A stretch of DNA of 60,957 nt from IMG/VR virus record IMGVR_UViG_3300042691_048032; one strand, given 5' to 3'. This stretch comes from an uncultured virus (IMG/VR IMGVR_UViG_3300042691_048032). Taxonomy: Duplodnaviria; Heunggongvirae; Uroviricota; Caudoviricetes. Shown piece after piece: positions 1-10,156 of the stretch; the stretch's first letter is position 1, and each line of letters begins with the position of its first letter. The position numbers and the translations under genes were made by a program. The notes under the pieces are model-generated. The model did not search any database and was not told where the DNA came from. It was given only the letters and a program-made list of their open reading frames with translations.

Positions 1-1
1 G

Positions 2-3000
2 AAGGACGGCAAGGTCACCGTCAAGACCTACGAGGACCTGAGGGCCGTCTCGCCCGCGCTCGCCAAGGCCTTCGACGAGATGGCGGGGGGGACGAAGAAG
101 GGCGAGGCAGCGGCGAGGGCAGGCTCTGTCTCGTACCAGAAGTTCTTCGACGCCGTGATGGCGGGGAACCTCGAGGCCCTCAAGCCGTTCCAGGGCGCCT
201 TGGACAACATCAACTCAACGCTCATCGGGACGCTGAAGGGTGCGTTCGTCGGGGTGAAGGAACAGTTCACCCGCATGGGCGAACCGCTCCTCGCCGGGCT
301 CAGGAGGCCCATCACGATCCTCGAGCGGGAGATCAGCCTGTTCGTCCTGAAGGTGAACGGGACCGTGCAGAAGGTGTTCCCGACCCTGTTCGACGTCAAA
401 GACGAGAACAACAACACGATCACGAGGGTATTCGACAGGCTCGCCACCTCCATCAACACCAACATGGGGAAGATCTCGGGCTGGGTCGAGTCGATCAGGG
501 GCTGGGGCAGGTCGGTCAGCGACTTCTTCGGGAAGCTCGGCAACGGCCTTAGGCACTACTCGCGGGGATGGGACAAACTGTTCGAGGGGATACTCAGGCC
601 CTTCGGGCAGGAGTTCGTCTCCACCCTCTCGCACCTATTCGACACGTTCAACAAACTGATCGAGGACCAGCCCCTCGGCTCCTTCGAGAGGATGATCAGG
701 GCCGTCGGGGAGGCCGTCCGCAACCTGATCACCGGGTTCGGGCAGCTCAAGGCGGCCATTGCGCCCGTTTTCGCCGCCTTCTCCAACATTCTCGGCGTGC
801 TGGCAAAGCTCACCTCGCTGCCGGGCATCCAGTTCCTGATCCCCATGCTTCTCATGGGTAGGTTCATGCGGGGCAGGGCCGGCGGTGGCGGGGGCATGGG
901 TGCTGTTGGTGCTGCGGCGGGGGCGTCGATGTTCGCCTCGGCCACCCCGGGCATGGGGTTGCTCGGCATGGCGGCGATGCCGCTGATGATGGGTATGAGC
1001 GGCTTCGGCACCAGGACGAGGTACGGGGCGGCCAGTGCCGGCAACTACGCGGCCAACCGTGCCGCTGGAGCGGGGAGGATCCCCTCCGCGCTGTTCTCCA
1101 GCCCCCTCGGTTTCGGATTCGCCAGCAACAGGCGCGACGGCATGGGTCGCGGTGTTTCGGCAATGTTGGCCGGCTCCGCCGCCAGGGGCGCGATGGCGCA
1201 GGGCTTCGTCGATCGGAGGGGTCGCACGATCACCGGTTCCGTCGCCGCCACCCAGCAGGCGAGGATCGACGCGCTGATGGCAAACCGGGCGCAGATGCAG
1301 AGCATCCTCGGCCAGACCGGGGCCGGGGACGACATCAGGAAGTACATGAGGAACCAGGGCTACGACTTCGTGGCCGGGGATCCCAACGCGAGGAAGGGCT
1401 CGATCACCGCGGGCGACCATTACGTGAACAGGAACGACCCCACCGCCGGCCCCATGACCGCGGCCCAGGCCAAGGCTCTGCAGTCGCAGGAGGCGAAGGA
1501 CGCCATCGCGGCTCGGAGGAGGTACAACGCCGAGCAGATAAAGCAGGGCAGGCAACAGGCCATCCAGACGGGAAAGATCCAGGGCAGGGAGGCGGGCAGG
1601 GCGTTCGTAAGGGACTCCGCCGCCAGGTTCGGCAAGGCGGCCGGCATGGTCGGTGCGACGGTCGGACTGACGATGATCGGCGGCATGCTCTCGCAAAGCG
1701 CCGGGACCAACACGGCGAAGGCCGGTCTCGGCGGGGCCATGTCCGGCATAGGAATGGGCGTGGGGATGGGCGCGGCGTTCGGCCCCGCCGGCATGGCGGC
1801 CGGCGCCCTGATCGGCGGGGCCATCGGCCTGTTCACGGGGATGGGCAACGCGAGGCAACAACGGGAGGCGGAGAAGCGCCAGGCGCGGGAGTTCGTGAAC
1901 GAGACCGTGTTCGGTGGCAAGACGTTCAACAGGTCGGAGGACTTCAGGCAAGCGCGCGCAGACGCGGCGAAACTGCAGCTCGACATCATGAAGCTCGGCG
2001 ACGGCGAGGGGAGCCTCAAGGCGCAGATCGCCGCGATCGACGCCAGGAGGGCGGAGACGATAGACGCGGAGACCAGCCGCGTAATGGGGGCGGCCCGCGC
2101 CGAGTTCGGCGACGAGTACGACATCACGAACGACGCCGCCGCGCTCGAACTCATGGGTCAGGAGTTGATCAAGAACAAGAGGTTGACCGACGAGTACATC
2201 AAGGACATCTTCGGCGATGACGGCGTGGCCAGCAGCATGGGCGAGCTCAACGACGCGATCGCCTCCGTCTACGACACGGGGGTCGGCAGGAACGACAAGC
2301 AGATAAGGGAATCGCTTGACGCCGAGCGCAAACAGCTGGAGAGCGACATCGGCAACCTCGACACCGCCAACAACTCGCTGGCCAAGGCCCTGCAGGAGAT
2401 CACGAAACGGGAGAACCAGTACAACGAGATGGTCGGCAAGACCATGTACACCCTCGAGGGGACGGGTGTGGCGACGGCGGAGGTGGCCGCCCTGTTCGAC
2501 GAACTCGGCCTGTCCATCGAGGAGACGAGCGTCGGCATCCACGAGTTCAACCGCCTGATCGGGATGACGGGCGACCTGGCCGCCGACAGGGCCACCGGCG
2601 CGGGCAGGATGGGGAGGTCCCTGCTCGCCGACAGCCAGCTCCAGAGCGACCTGGCCGAGGGGAGGAGCAGGCTGCGACAACAGCTCGAGGACACGTTCTC
2701 GTACACGGGGCCGATGTCCAAGGACGAGGCAACGATCGTCGTCGGGCAGACGGTCAACGAGATCGTCGGCAACGCCATGGCGGAATACGCCGCCGGCAAC
2801 ATCAAGTTCTCGGATTTGGTCGGCGTGGGGGAAACCCCGGGCATGCTCCAGAACCAACTCGCCGGACTCGTGTACGGGGCCGCCGAGGCCGGGCTCTCGC
2901 CCGAACTCGTGAGCGGCCTCGCCGACGCCGTCTTCGGCGAGGGCAAACTCATCGACCAGGCGAACCAGGCGAAGACCGACCCGTTCAAGAGGGCGCAGTT

Positions 3001-3847
3001 CGACGCGGTGTTCAACCAGGATCTCACCTCGAAGATGGACAACCTCGCGCTGGACTTCGGTGCCAAGATAGCGGAGGGCTCGATGTCGGTGCCCGAGGCC
3101 CTCGAAAGTGCGACTAGCGAACTGGTCACGTGGCTGGAAGATCCCATGAACGGGGGGCTTGAGGTCACACCCGAGACGGAGTCCAAGCTGAAGAACCTCC
3201 TGTCGGGGACCATCATGAACGCCCCGCAGGCCATGGCGGATGCGATGCGCTCCGCCGGCATGGACGTCGCCGCGATGATCCGCGCCGCCATGACCGGTGC
3301 GACCTACAACCCCTCGGCCGTGGCGGCCAGGCTGGACCCATCACTCAACCCCTACGGCGGGACGGGCAACCCGAACATCGACAGGCCGCAGCCGGTAAAG
3401 GAACCGCCCCCGCCGTCGGGCGACACGAGGACGAGCAGGTTCTCCCGCGTCATGTCCGCCCACGCTCGCCTCAACTCCATGGTCCCGGGCAGGCGGATCG
3501 TCACCTCCGGCATCAGGGACACGATGCTCGGGTCGATCGGGTCCGACCACTCCACGGGGTCGGCCTACGACCTCGTCGGCGACAACCTCGTCTCGTACGC
3601 CAACAACGTCAGGAACGTGGGCGGGTTCGCCGAGTTCCACGGCGGCGGCTCCGGCAAGCACCTCCACGTCGTCCCGCCGGTCGGGGACACGACGACGTCG
3701 AGGGCGGGCGGTTACGGCGGCTCGTCGTCGACCAACTACTACAACTTCGAGATCAGCGGAGGCCCCGGCATGGATCCCGACGACATCGCCGAGGCGGTCA
3801 TGCGTAGGATCGAGAGGGCCGAGAGGAACAGGAGGGAGAGGGTGTGA
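2..3847 (+). CDS. Tail tape measure protein, 5'-truncated, with C-terminal M15-like peptidase motif
   Basis: Frame is open from the window edge. >1250 aa, Ala/Gly-rich and helical, with hydrophobic GxxxG segments, upstream of baseplate genes. C-terminus reads VTSGIR..SDHSTGSAYD..HLHV. Confidence 0.85.
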   Translation, partial: KDGKVTVKTYEDLRAVSPALAKAFDEMAGGTKKGEAAARAGSVSYQKFFDAVMAGNLEALKPFQGALDNINSTLIGTLKGAFVGVKEQFTRMGEPLLAGLRRPITILEREISLFVLKVNGTVQKVFPTLFDVKDENNNTITRVFDRLATSINTNMGKISGWVESIRGWGRSVSDFFGKLGNGLRHYSRGWDKLFEGILRPFGQEFVSTLSHLFDTFNKLIEDQPLGSFERMIRAVGEAVRNLITGFGQLKAAIAPVFAAFSNILGVLAKLTSLPGIQFLIPMLLMGRFMRGRAGGGGGMGAVGAAAGASMFASATPGMGLLGMAAMPLMMGMSGFGTRTRYGAASAGNYAANRAAGAGRIPSALFSSPLGFGFASNRRDGMGRGVSAMLAGSAARGAMAQGFVDRRGRTITGSVAATQQARIDALMANRAQMQSILGQTGAGDDIRKYMRNQGYDFVAGDPNARKGSITAGDHYVNRNDPTAGPMTAAQAKALQSQEAKDAIAARRRYNAEQIKQGRQQAIQTGKIQGREAGRAFVRDSAARFGKAAGMVGATVGLTMIGGMLSQSAGTNTAKAGLGGAMSGIGMGVGMGAAFGPAGMAAGALIGGAIGLFTGMGNARQQREAEKRQAREFVNETVFGGKTFNRSEDFRQARADAAKLQLDIMKLGDGEGSLKAQIAAIDARRAETIDAETSRVMGAARAEFGDEYDITNDAAALELMGQELIKNKRLTDEYIKDIFGDDGVASSMGELNDAIASVYDTGVGRNDKQIRESLDAERKQLESDIGNLDTANNSLAKALQEITKRENQYNEMVGKTMYTLEGTGVATAEVAALFDELGLSIEETSVGIHEFNRLIGMTGDLAADRATGAGRMGRSLLADSQLQSDLAEGRSRLRQQLEDTFSYTGPMSKDEATIVVGQTVNEIVGNAMAEYAAGNIKFSDLVGVGETPGMLQNQLAGLVYGAAEAGLSPELVSGLADAVFGEGKLIDQANQAKTDPFKRAQFDAVFNQDLTSKMDNLALDFGAKIAEGSMSVPEALESATSELVTWLEDPMNGGLEVTPETESKLKNLLSGTIMNAPQAMADAMRSAGMDVAAMIRAAMTGATYNPSAVAARLDPSLNPYGGTGNPNIDRPQPVKEPPPPSGDTRTSRFSRVMSAHARLNSMVPGRRIVTSGIRDTMLGSIGSDHSTGSAYDLVGDNLVSYANNVRNVGGFAEFHGGGSGKHLHVVPPVGDTTTSRAGGYGGSSSTNYYNFEISGGPGMDPDDIAEAVMRRIERAERNRRERV

Positions 3848-4698
3848 GTACAGTCCTCCCCCCGCGGCCGTTCCTCCAGATCGTCAGGAACAGCCCAACC
3901 ACCGCCCCACCGAGCGTCAGGACGCAGGCGAGGACGGCGACCGTGTCGAGCAACCTGACCCTCGCCGAGATGACGGCGAGGCGCGGTTCCGCCAGGCCCG
4001 GCGCGGCCCGCTCCGTTGTCTCGGCGTGGACAGCGAACACCGCCGACGCCGTTATTCCAGCCGGCTCTGGACAGGCGGTCACAGTTCTCCCCGCGCCGAG
4101 CAGGCTCAAGATCGTGTCGTTCGCAACCGTCTCGGCGACCAGCACGGAGAGGGTCACCTACTCCTTCGTCATCTCGCCCAACGAGGTATCCGCGAGCAGG
4201 ACGGGGATCAACTACACGGAGATCGGGCGTCCCGGCAGGAAACCCCTCCTCAGGTCGGCATCGCTCAACCTCCAACAGCTGACGATCACCGTGATGGTGC
4301 TCAACGAGGACAGGTCGTACCTGTCGTCGGCGCAGGCGCAGGTGGACGCGCTGGAGGCCCTGTCCCGGCTGGACTACGACCTCTCGATCGTCTACGCGGG
4401 CGTTGACCCCGCGAAGAGGTGGAGGCTCACCGACCTCCGTTACAGGTCGGTCCGCAGGAACGCCGCGAACGACGTGTCCATCGCCGAGGCGGACCTCACC
4501 TTCACCGAGGTGACGGCCATGCCCGCCGTCGTCCCGGGCATGCCGACAATCAAGGACGTGCCGCAGTCCAGGAACACGGCGGCGAACCCTGGCGCCACGA
4601 CCCCGGGGCAGCGCGGCGGAAGCCAGGCGATCATCGACAGGATCATCGCCGCCGGTCCGACACCCAACAACCCCGGCACATCCGGGGGCGGGGTATGA
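3844..4698 (+). CDS. Tail tube initiator / baseplate-proximal protein
   Basis: GTGA overlap with tape measure. 'FVISPNEVS...YTEIGRPGRKPLL' and 'WRLTDLRYRSVRR..ADLTFTE' resemble tube-initiator proteins; synteny. Confidence 0.55.
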   Translation: MSTVLPPRPFLQIVRNSPTTAPPSVRTQARTATVSSNLTLAEMTARRGSARPGAARSVVSAWTANTADAVIPAGSGQAVTVLPAPSRLKIVSFATVSATSTERVTYSFVISPNEVSASRTGINYTEIGRPGRKPLLRSASLNLQQLTITVMVLNEDRSYLSSAQAQVDALEALSRLDYDLSIVYAGVDPAKRWRLTDLRYRSVRRNAANDVSIAEADLTFTEVTAMPAVVPGMPTIKDVPQSRNTAANPGATTPGQRGGSQAIIDRIIAAGPTPNNPGTSGGGV

Positions 4699-6179
4699 TA
4701 ACCGGCGTCCTGCTCGGCGACATCGGCGAACGGGGGCGGGTGGTTGCCAAGAACAGGAAGGACGGGACGGTCGTCCTGGCCGCCGCCGCCCCCCACAACC
4801 TGTCCGTCGGCGACATGGTGACGGTCTCGGGCCTCGGGGCGGGGTGGGACGGGACTTTCACGATCCTCGCGGTCGCCTTCGGCGTCCTGTTCTCGTACTC
4901 GTCCGCGGGCGTTGACGTCGCCCAGGTCGCCGCAACCGGCACGTACGCGAGGTCTGACGGCCCGGCGGCCGACATCTCCGAGATCATCACCAGGATGAGC
5001 GTGAGCCTGACCGCGGCGGAGGTCAGCCAAGTCAGCATCTCCGTCGTCGACCCGGGGTTGGTGTACCTGAACGCCAACTACTTCCAGCTCAGGCAGAAGG
5101 TCAAGTGCCTCGGCGAGGTCTTCGAGATCGCCGCCGTCGAGGTGTCGCAGGGCAACGCCGGGGAGACCGTAACCATCGACTGTCGCCTCACGGGGATCCA
5201 ACAACTCAAGAGGGATAAGGGTTCCGCCGTGTTCACGGCGGGGTCGGCGACGTCGTTCGCCTCGGAGAGGGCGAGGCTCGTAGGCCTTGACTTCTTCGGG
5301 GAAAGCACGGCCGCCAAGGCGACCATCTCCAGGATCAGGAACGACACCACGGACGAGTCGACGTGGGACGTCATCAAGAGGCTGGCCGGCGAAAACCAGT
5401 TCGTCACATTCGAGACCGGGGGGCGTCTCTTCTTCACCTCACAGCAGTTCCTGCTGGGCAAGTACGCGATCTCGGAACAGTCGGCCACCCCCGGCTTCCT
5501 CACCACGGTCGTGAGGTGGCGGCCGAGGTTCGGGACCATTGAACTGGAGGGGGCCGCGTCAACCTCAACGGCGGCACTGACGCTTCCGGCGATCGTCGGG
5601 CCACCGGGCAGGCCGACGCTGAAGAAGGGCTCGAAGGACACCGAGCATGTGAGGTATGTGCAGAACGTCCTCAAGCAGAGGGCGGGGCAAGGGACCCTGG
5701 TCGTCGACGGCATCTTCGGGACGAAGACGTACAACGCCGTGGTCAACCTCCAGAGGTTCTTCAGGACGCCCGCCAACGGGACGGTCGGGACCGTAACGTG
5801 GCAGATCATTGACTTTCTCGCGTCCGGCTACACGGGTGCCGACTCGGGCAGGAGTTTCGTGGTGGAGCCGATCGAGTGCCCCGAAGTCCGCAGGTCGGAC
5901 GACACTTACGAGGAGATGACCGCCACGTTCCGCGTCGACAGGGAGGTGGGGAGGAAGTTCAGGCCCGGCATGACCATCACCATCGAGGGAATACCCGGTT
6001 TCACGGCCAACCTGTTGGTGAACGAGGTCTCCTGGGAGGAGGGGACGCCCGACCCGGTGTCCGTATCTGCGTCAACACCCAGCCTGCCCACCGAGTACAA
6101 GAAGAGGCAGGAACTCCTGGCCAAGGTAGACCTGACGGGCGGAGGTTTCACCAACACGGCCGCAGGAGGATTCGCGTGA
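4695..6179 (+). CDS. Baseplate hub (gp27/gpD-like) with inserted peptidoglycan-binding domain
   Basis: ATG at 4695 overlaps the previous stop. Hub-like 'ESTWDVIKRLAGENQFVTFE'; PG_binding_1-like 'PTLKKGS..VRYVQNVL..VDGIFGTKTYNAVVNLQ'. Confidence 0.7.
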   Translation: MITGVLLGDIGERGRVVAKNRKDGTVVLAAAAPHNLSVGDMVTVSGLGAGWDGTFTILAVAFGVLFSYSSAGVDVAQVAATGTYARSDGPAADISEIITRMSVSLTAAEVSQVSISVVDPGLVYLNANYFQLRQKVKCLGEVFEIAAVEVSQGNAGETVTIDCRLTGIQQLKRDKGSAVFTAGSATSFASERARLVGLDFFGESTAAKATISRIRNDTTDESTWDVIKRLAGENQFVTFETGGRLFFTSQQFLLGKYAISEQSATPGFLTTVVRWRPRFGTIELEGAASTSTAALTLPAIVGPPGRPTLKKGSKDTEHVRYVQNVLKQRAGQGTLVVDGIFGTKTYNAVVNLQRFFRTPANGTVGTVTWQIIDFLASGYTGADSGRSFVVEPIECPEVRRSDDTYEEMTATFRVDREVGRKFRPGMTITIEGIPGFTANLLVNEVSWEEGTPDPVSVSASTPSLPTEYKKRQELLAKVDLTGGGFTNTAAGGFA

Positions 6180-6442
6180 ACCGCTACACCACGCCGCTAA
6201 AGAACGCATCGGTCCCGTTCAACCCCGTTGGCATCTGGAACGCCGTCGTCACAGAGGTTCCCGACCACAGGCTGAAGGTCAGGGTCCCGAGGTTGTCAGG
6301 CGACATGGAGTACGGCCCCCTCTACGTCCTCGGTCGCGAGGACGACGTGTACGAGGTCGGCGACCTCGTGGTGGTGACGTTCCTCGAGGGCAGGCAGGAC
6401 GAGCTCATAGTCATCGGAAGAGTCAGGCAAGGCGCGCCGTGA
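6176..6442 (+). CDS. Baseplate spike OB-fold-like protein
   Basis: GTG after GGAGGA. 'RLKVRVPRL...VGDLVVVTFLEG' resembles the gp5/gpV N-terminal OB fold. Confidence 0.6.
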   Translation: MNRYTTPLKNASVPFNPVGIWNAVVTEVPDHRLKVRVPRLSGDMEYGPLYVLGREDDVYEVGDLVVVTFLEGRQDELIVIGRVRQGAP

Positions 6443-6477
6443 TCCCGGGCGACGTTCTTGTGGCAGAATGGCGAACG

Positions 6478-6825
6478 ATGGAACTCCTTTCCCTACCCTT
6501 CAGGATCGGCGCAGACGGCAGGGCCGACAGGATCTGGCAAGGCTCGGACGCCCACGCCCAGCAACAGGCCGTCCAGTTCGTGTCGACGAGGGTCGGGGAG
6601 CTCGCCATGTCGCCCCTGTACGGGTTGCAGGACCCCGCGTTCAGGCGAACCGACGCCGCCGAAGTGGTCGTTGGAATGGCGACATTCCACCCCGGGGTCC
6701 AGCTGAACTCCGTGTACGTCTACGGCGACGAGTCGGGCATGGGCGAGGTCGTGGTCGAGGTCGCCCCGGTGACGGGAACGAGCACCGCAACCGTGGCCGA
6801 ACGGAGCGTGGTCTTCAATGCCTAG
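6478..6825 (+). CDS. Baseplate wedge gp25/gpW-like protein
   Basis: 'LSLPFRI...TRVGELAMSPLYGLQDP' is typical of the gp25 family; synteny. An alternative start lies at 6439. Confidence 0.7.
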   Translation: MELLSLPFRIGADGRADRIWQGSDAHAQQQAVQFVSTRVGELAMSPLYGLQDPAFRRTDAAEVVVGMATFHPGVQLNSVYVYGDESGMGEVVVEVAPVTGTSTATVAERSVVFNA

Positions 6826-8509
6826 TCCCGACGTCAGGAACTTCGTCGACCTGACCCTCTACGACCTGGACAGCCAGTCCATCTACCTCAGGGCCCTCGA
6901 CTACATGAAGGTCGTGTTCCCCGAGTTCGAGCCGACCGAGGGATCCCTCGAGTCGGTCATCCTGCAATCGGTGGCCATGGAGGTCGCCGACCTGGTGACC
7001 TCGATCAACAGGCTCCCCGGCGGTGTCGTGCAGGTCCTGTTGAGGTTGTTCGACGTCCAGAGGCAGGAGGGCGTACCACCGACGGCGGTCGTCCAGCTCA
7101 AGGGTGCGACGACGACCAGCTATGCGATCCCCGCCGGCACGAGGTTGTTCTACCAGTCAACCCTGAACTCCACGCCGCTCGTCCTCGTCACCGACACCGC
7201 GACGACGCTCACCCACCCGAAGACCGTGAGCAGCGTCTCGGTCACCGACGACGTGGCCACCGTGACCACGTCCGACTACCACGGTTTCGCCGTGGGCCAG
7301 ACCGTAACGCTGGCCGGATTCACGGACACGGACTTCAACGACTCGTTCGAGATTGACTCCGTAGGGGACAAGACGTTCACGTTCGCCATCGTCAAGGCGA
7401 ACACCAGCGAGACTCCGACCAGCGCCACCGCAACACCGCCGCTCTCCCACCCGGCGACGGCGTTCGTCCAGGCCACGGGCACGTTCATCACCGACGGGTT
7501 CAACGGGATCCCCTCGGGGACAGCCCTCGACCTGCTGTCCGTGGTCCCGCAGATCGCCTCCGCATACCTTGCCTCAGTCGTGTCGGGCGGCCTCAACACG
7601 GAGGATGACGACACATACTTCCAGAGGGCCAGCGCAAACCTCGCCAGGGTCAACGACTCGCTGGTTACCGCCGACAACTTCACCCAATGGGTGGTGACAT
7701 CGGGCGACTTCGCGGATGTGTACAGGGCGACAGCGGTTGACGCCGCCGACGCCGAGAGGCAGGAGAGTGCGGGGTCGGTTCTCCTCGTCGTGGCCCCGAT
7801 TGACGCGTCGTCCACGAACCTGATCTCGGGCGACGGAACGGGGATCTCGCAGTCCAGCCCCTCGTGGGGCGTGAAGGACGAGATCAGGCTCGCCGCGTCC
7901 CAGAGGTCGCACCCGCTGTTGGACATCAACGTCTCGGACCCGATGCTCGCCACCGTCTCGTGTGCCGTGAGCCTCTCACCGTTCGGCTCGACCACGGGTA
8001 CGGCGGTTTCGGCCCTTGCGACATCGGTCATTGAGGGCATCGTCAACCCCAACACCTGGGATTGGTCGACGACGCTCCGCAAGAACGACATCATCGCGGC
8101 GGTATCCGCCACGACCGACGAGAACGGCGGCAGGGCCGTTGCGTACGTTACGTCGGTGGAGATCTCGCTGGACGACGTCGTCGTCCCCGCCAGCGGCGCG
8201 AAGAACAAGCCGTCGGCGACATTCTCCCTCGCCAGCACCACGTGGACATGCACGGTCTCCGCCGGCCATGACATGGACTCGTCCGACACCAACTACTTCG
8301 CCGTCTACCACTCGTCAACCGGCTGGTGGCTAAAGGAGGTGACCGTCACCTCGTCGACACAGTTCACCTTCTCCAACACTGGGATCGGGTCGACCACACC
8401 GACGGACTGGGCCATCGTCGGCTACGTGGATTCTGCGACGGGCGACCTAATCCTCGACGACCAAGCACCGCTGGTCGTGTCGGGGTCACACGTGATCACG
8501 GTGGTCTAG
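6818..8509 (+). CDS. Baseplate J-like protein
   Basis: 'EGSLESVIL..INRLP', 'IPAGT' and 'GGLNTEDDDTY..LVTADNF' are baseplate J motifs. Confidence 0.8.
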   Translation: MPSPDVRNFVDLTLYDLDSQSIYLRALDYMKVVFPEFEPTEGSLESVILQSVAMEVADLVTSINRLPGGVVQVLLRLFDVQRQEGVPPTAVVQLKGATTTSYAIPAGTRLFYQSTLNSTPLVLVTDTATTLTHPKTVSSVSVTDDVATVTTSDYHGFAVGQTVTLAGFTDTDFNDSFEIDSVGDKTFTFAIVKANTSETPTSATATPPLSHPATAFVQATGTFITDGFNGIPSGTALDLLSVVPQIASAYLASVVSGGLNTEDDDTYFQRASANLARVNDSLVTADNFTQWVVTSGDFADVYRATAVDAADAERQESAGSVLLVVAPIDASSTNLISGDGTGISQSSPSWGVKDEIRLAASQRSHPLLDINVSDPMLATVSCAVSLSPFGSTTGTAVSALATSVIEGIVNPNTWDWSTTLRKNDIIAAVSATTDENGGRAVAYVTSVEISLDDVVVPASGAKNKPSATFSLASTTWTCTVSAGHDMDSSDTNYFAVYHSSTGWWLKEVTVTSSTQFTFSNTGIGSTTPTDWAIVGYVDSATGDLILDDQAPLVVSGSHVITVV

Positions 8510-10138
8510 ATGTCCCACAGAAACCTGCTGACCACCGAAGAACAGGAAATAACCTACGTCCCCGGCCTGTGGGAGGTGTCCGGGACGAACACGATCTCGC
8601 GCTCGAGCGCACGATGGCGAGTCGCACCCGCGTCGTTGCTCCTGGCCAACACTTCGTCCTCGTCCGCAACCTGCAGGCTTGTCAGGAGTATCGACGTCGA
8701 GCCAGACAAGCAGTACAGACTCTTCGCTTTCGGCTACTCGGAAACCCCCGGCACGACCTTCGGCGTCAGGGCGAAGACGTATCTGGCGGCCTCGGCAACG
8801 CCGGAGGCCACGTACGAGTCCTCCACGGAGGCGTCCTACCAGAGGTGGACGCTCTCCTCGAGGGTTTTCACTACGGGGCAGGACACCGCTTCGGTGGATG
8901 TCGAGCTGTACGCCGAGGGTTCCCCGGTCTGGTTCGACCAAGTGGTCCTCATCGAATACCACGAGAAGCCGTACCACGCCTTCACGAACCTCGTCATGGG
9001 ACGCTTCCCTGAGTACATGATCGACTCCGACGAACAGACGTCCTACCACCTGTCAAGGTTCGTGGACCTGGGCGTCGAGCTCGGCGACGAGATACTCAGT
9101 GCCACGCTCGCCTTCGACTACATACCCGCCGTGGATGGCATCCCCGGGTACGACAGATGCACCCTCGTCGACCCCTCGTACTACCCCGACGAAACCGTGG
9201 CCAAGGCCGAGTGGCTCCCGTGGCTCGCCCAACTCGTCGGCGTCCAGGGTGTGAGGAGCGGGTCGAGTGGCCGCACCCCGTGGTTCTGGCTCGAGGAGGA
9301 GCGCGGCACGTGGTCGGAGATGGAGACAGAGATAGACCCGACCGCCAATCCCGTGTGGCCCGTGTCTTCGTTCACGAGGACCGCGGGGGTGGTGACGGCG
9401 ACGCTCGGGACACCGCAGACATCGGGACCCGCCTACTTCCCGGCGATCGGTGACGTCGTCGAGGTCACGAACGCAGAGGGCTTCTCCGGCTCGTACTCCG
9501 TCCTCACGTCCGACAGCGGCACGAAAGTTCTGACCTGGGCGCAGGATGCGTCCAACGGGACGTCGGCGGCGACGAGTTCGCTCAGGGTCTCCGACTCTTC
9601 GTGGGCGGAGATCGAGGCGGACAACCCCCTCGCCTTTGACACCGTCGCCGCACTCGCCCACCTCGTCCGCACGAGGGCCACCGGCCTCAGGGCGGGGACG
9701 GACGCCGCGATTACCGCCGCCGTTAGGGCGGTCCTTGATGGTTATGAATCGCAGGGGACGGCACGGGTGTATGAGGGTGGCGGAATACTCGTCACCACCT
9801 CGGCGCCCCACCCGTTCGAGGCGGGGGACGAGGCTTGGATCTACGACTCAGCGGTGCCCGTGTTCAACACCGGGTGGGAACCTTCGCCGCAGACGGTCTC
9901 GTCGGTCATCGACGGGCAGTCGTTCGTCCTGTCGTCGGGCCTCGCCGACCTGGGATACGGCACGGCGGCATGCTGGGTGACCAACAAGAAGGTCGTTCTC
10001 GAGCGCGTTTCGCCGCTCTCGTGGGAGTTGACGGTGAAAACCGACGAGGCGCAGACGCAGGGTGTCGACCTCGTCGTGAGGGCGGCCAATCTGGCCAAAC
10101 CCGCAGGCGTGGTCGTGTCTCACGGCTACAATACGTGA
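8510..10138 (+). CDS. Baseplate/tail protein (gpI-like) with N-terminal carbohydrate-binding-like domain
   Basis: 'WLPWLAQLVGV' and C-terminal 'KPAGVVV' as in gpI-like proteins; follows baseplate J. Confidence 0.65.
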   Translation: MSHRNLLTTEEQEITYVPGLWEVSGTNTISRSSARWRVAPASLLLANTSSSSATCRLVRSIDVEPDKQYRLFAFGYSETPGTTFGVRAKTYLAASATPEATYESSTEASYQRWTLSSRVFTTGQDTASVDVELYAEGSPVWFDQVVLIEYHEKPYHAFTNLVMGRFPEYMIDSDEQTSYHLSRFVDLGVELGDEILSATLAFDYIPAVDGIPGYDRCTLVDPSYYPDETVAKAEWLPWLAQLVGVQGVRSGSSGRTPWFWLEEERGTWSEMETEIDPTANPVWPVSSFTRTAGVVTATLGTPQTSGPAYFPAIGDVVEVTNAEGFSGSYSVLTSDSGTKVLTWAQDASNGTSAATSSLRVSDSSWAEIEADNPLAFDTVAALAHLVRTRATGLRAGTDAAITAAVRAVLDGYESQGTARVYEGGGILVTTSAPHPFEAGDEAWIYDSAVPVFNTGWEPSPQTVSSVIDGQSFVLSSGLADLGYGTAACWVTNKKVVLERVSPLSWELTVKTDEAQTQGVDLVVRAANLAKPAGVVVSHGYNT

Positions 10139-10156
10139 CGAATCGGAGGCAGGCAA

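Noticed and set aside
635..2857. 740-aa minus-strand ORF and similar long overlapping ORFs throughout the window
   Set aside because: They are antisense shadows of real genes, with no RBS or domain motifs.
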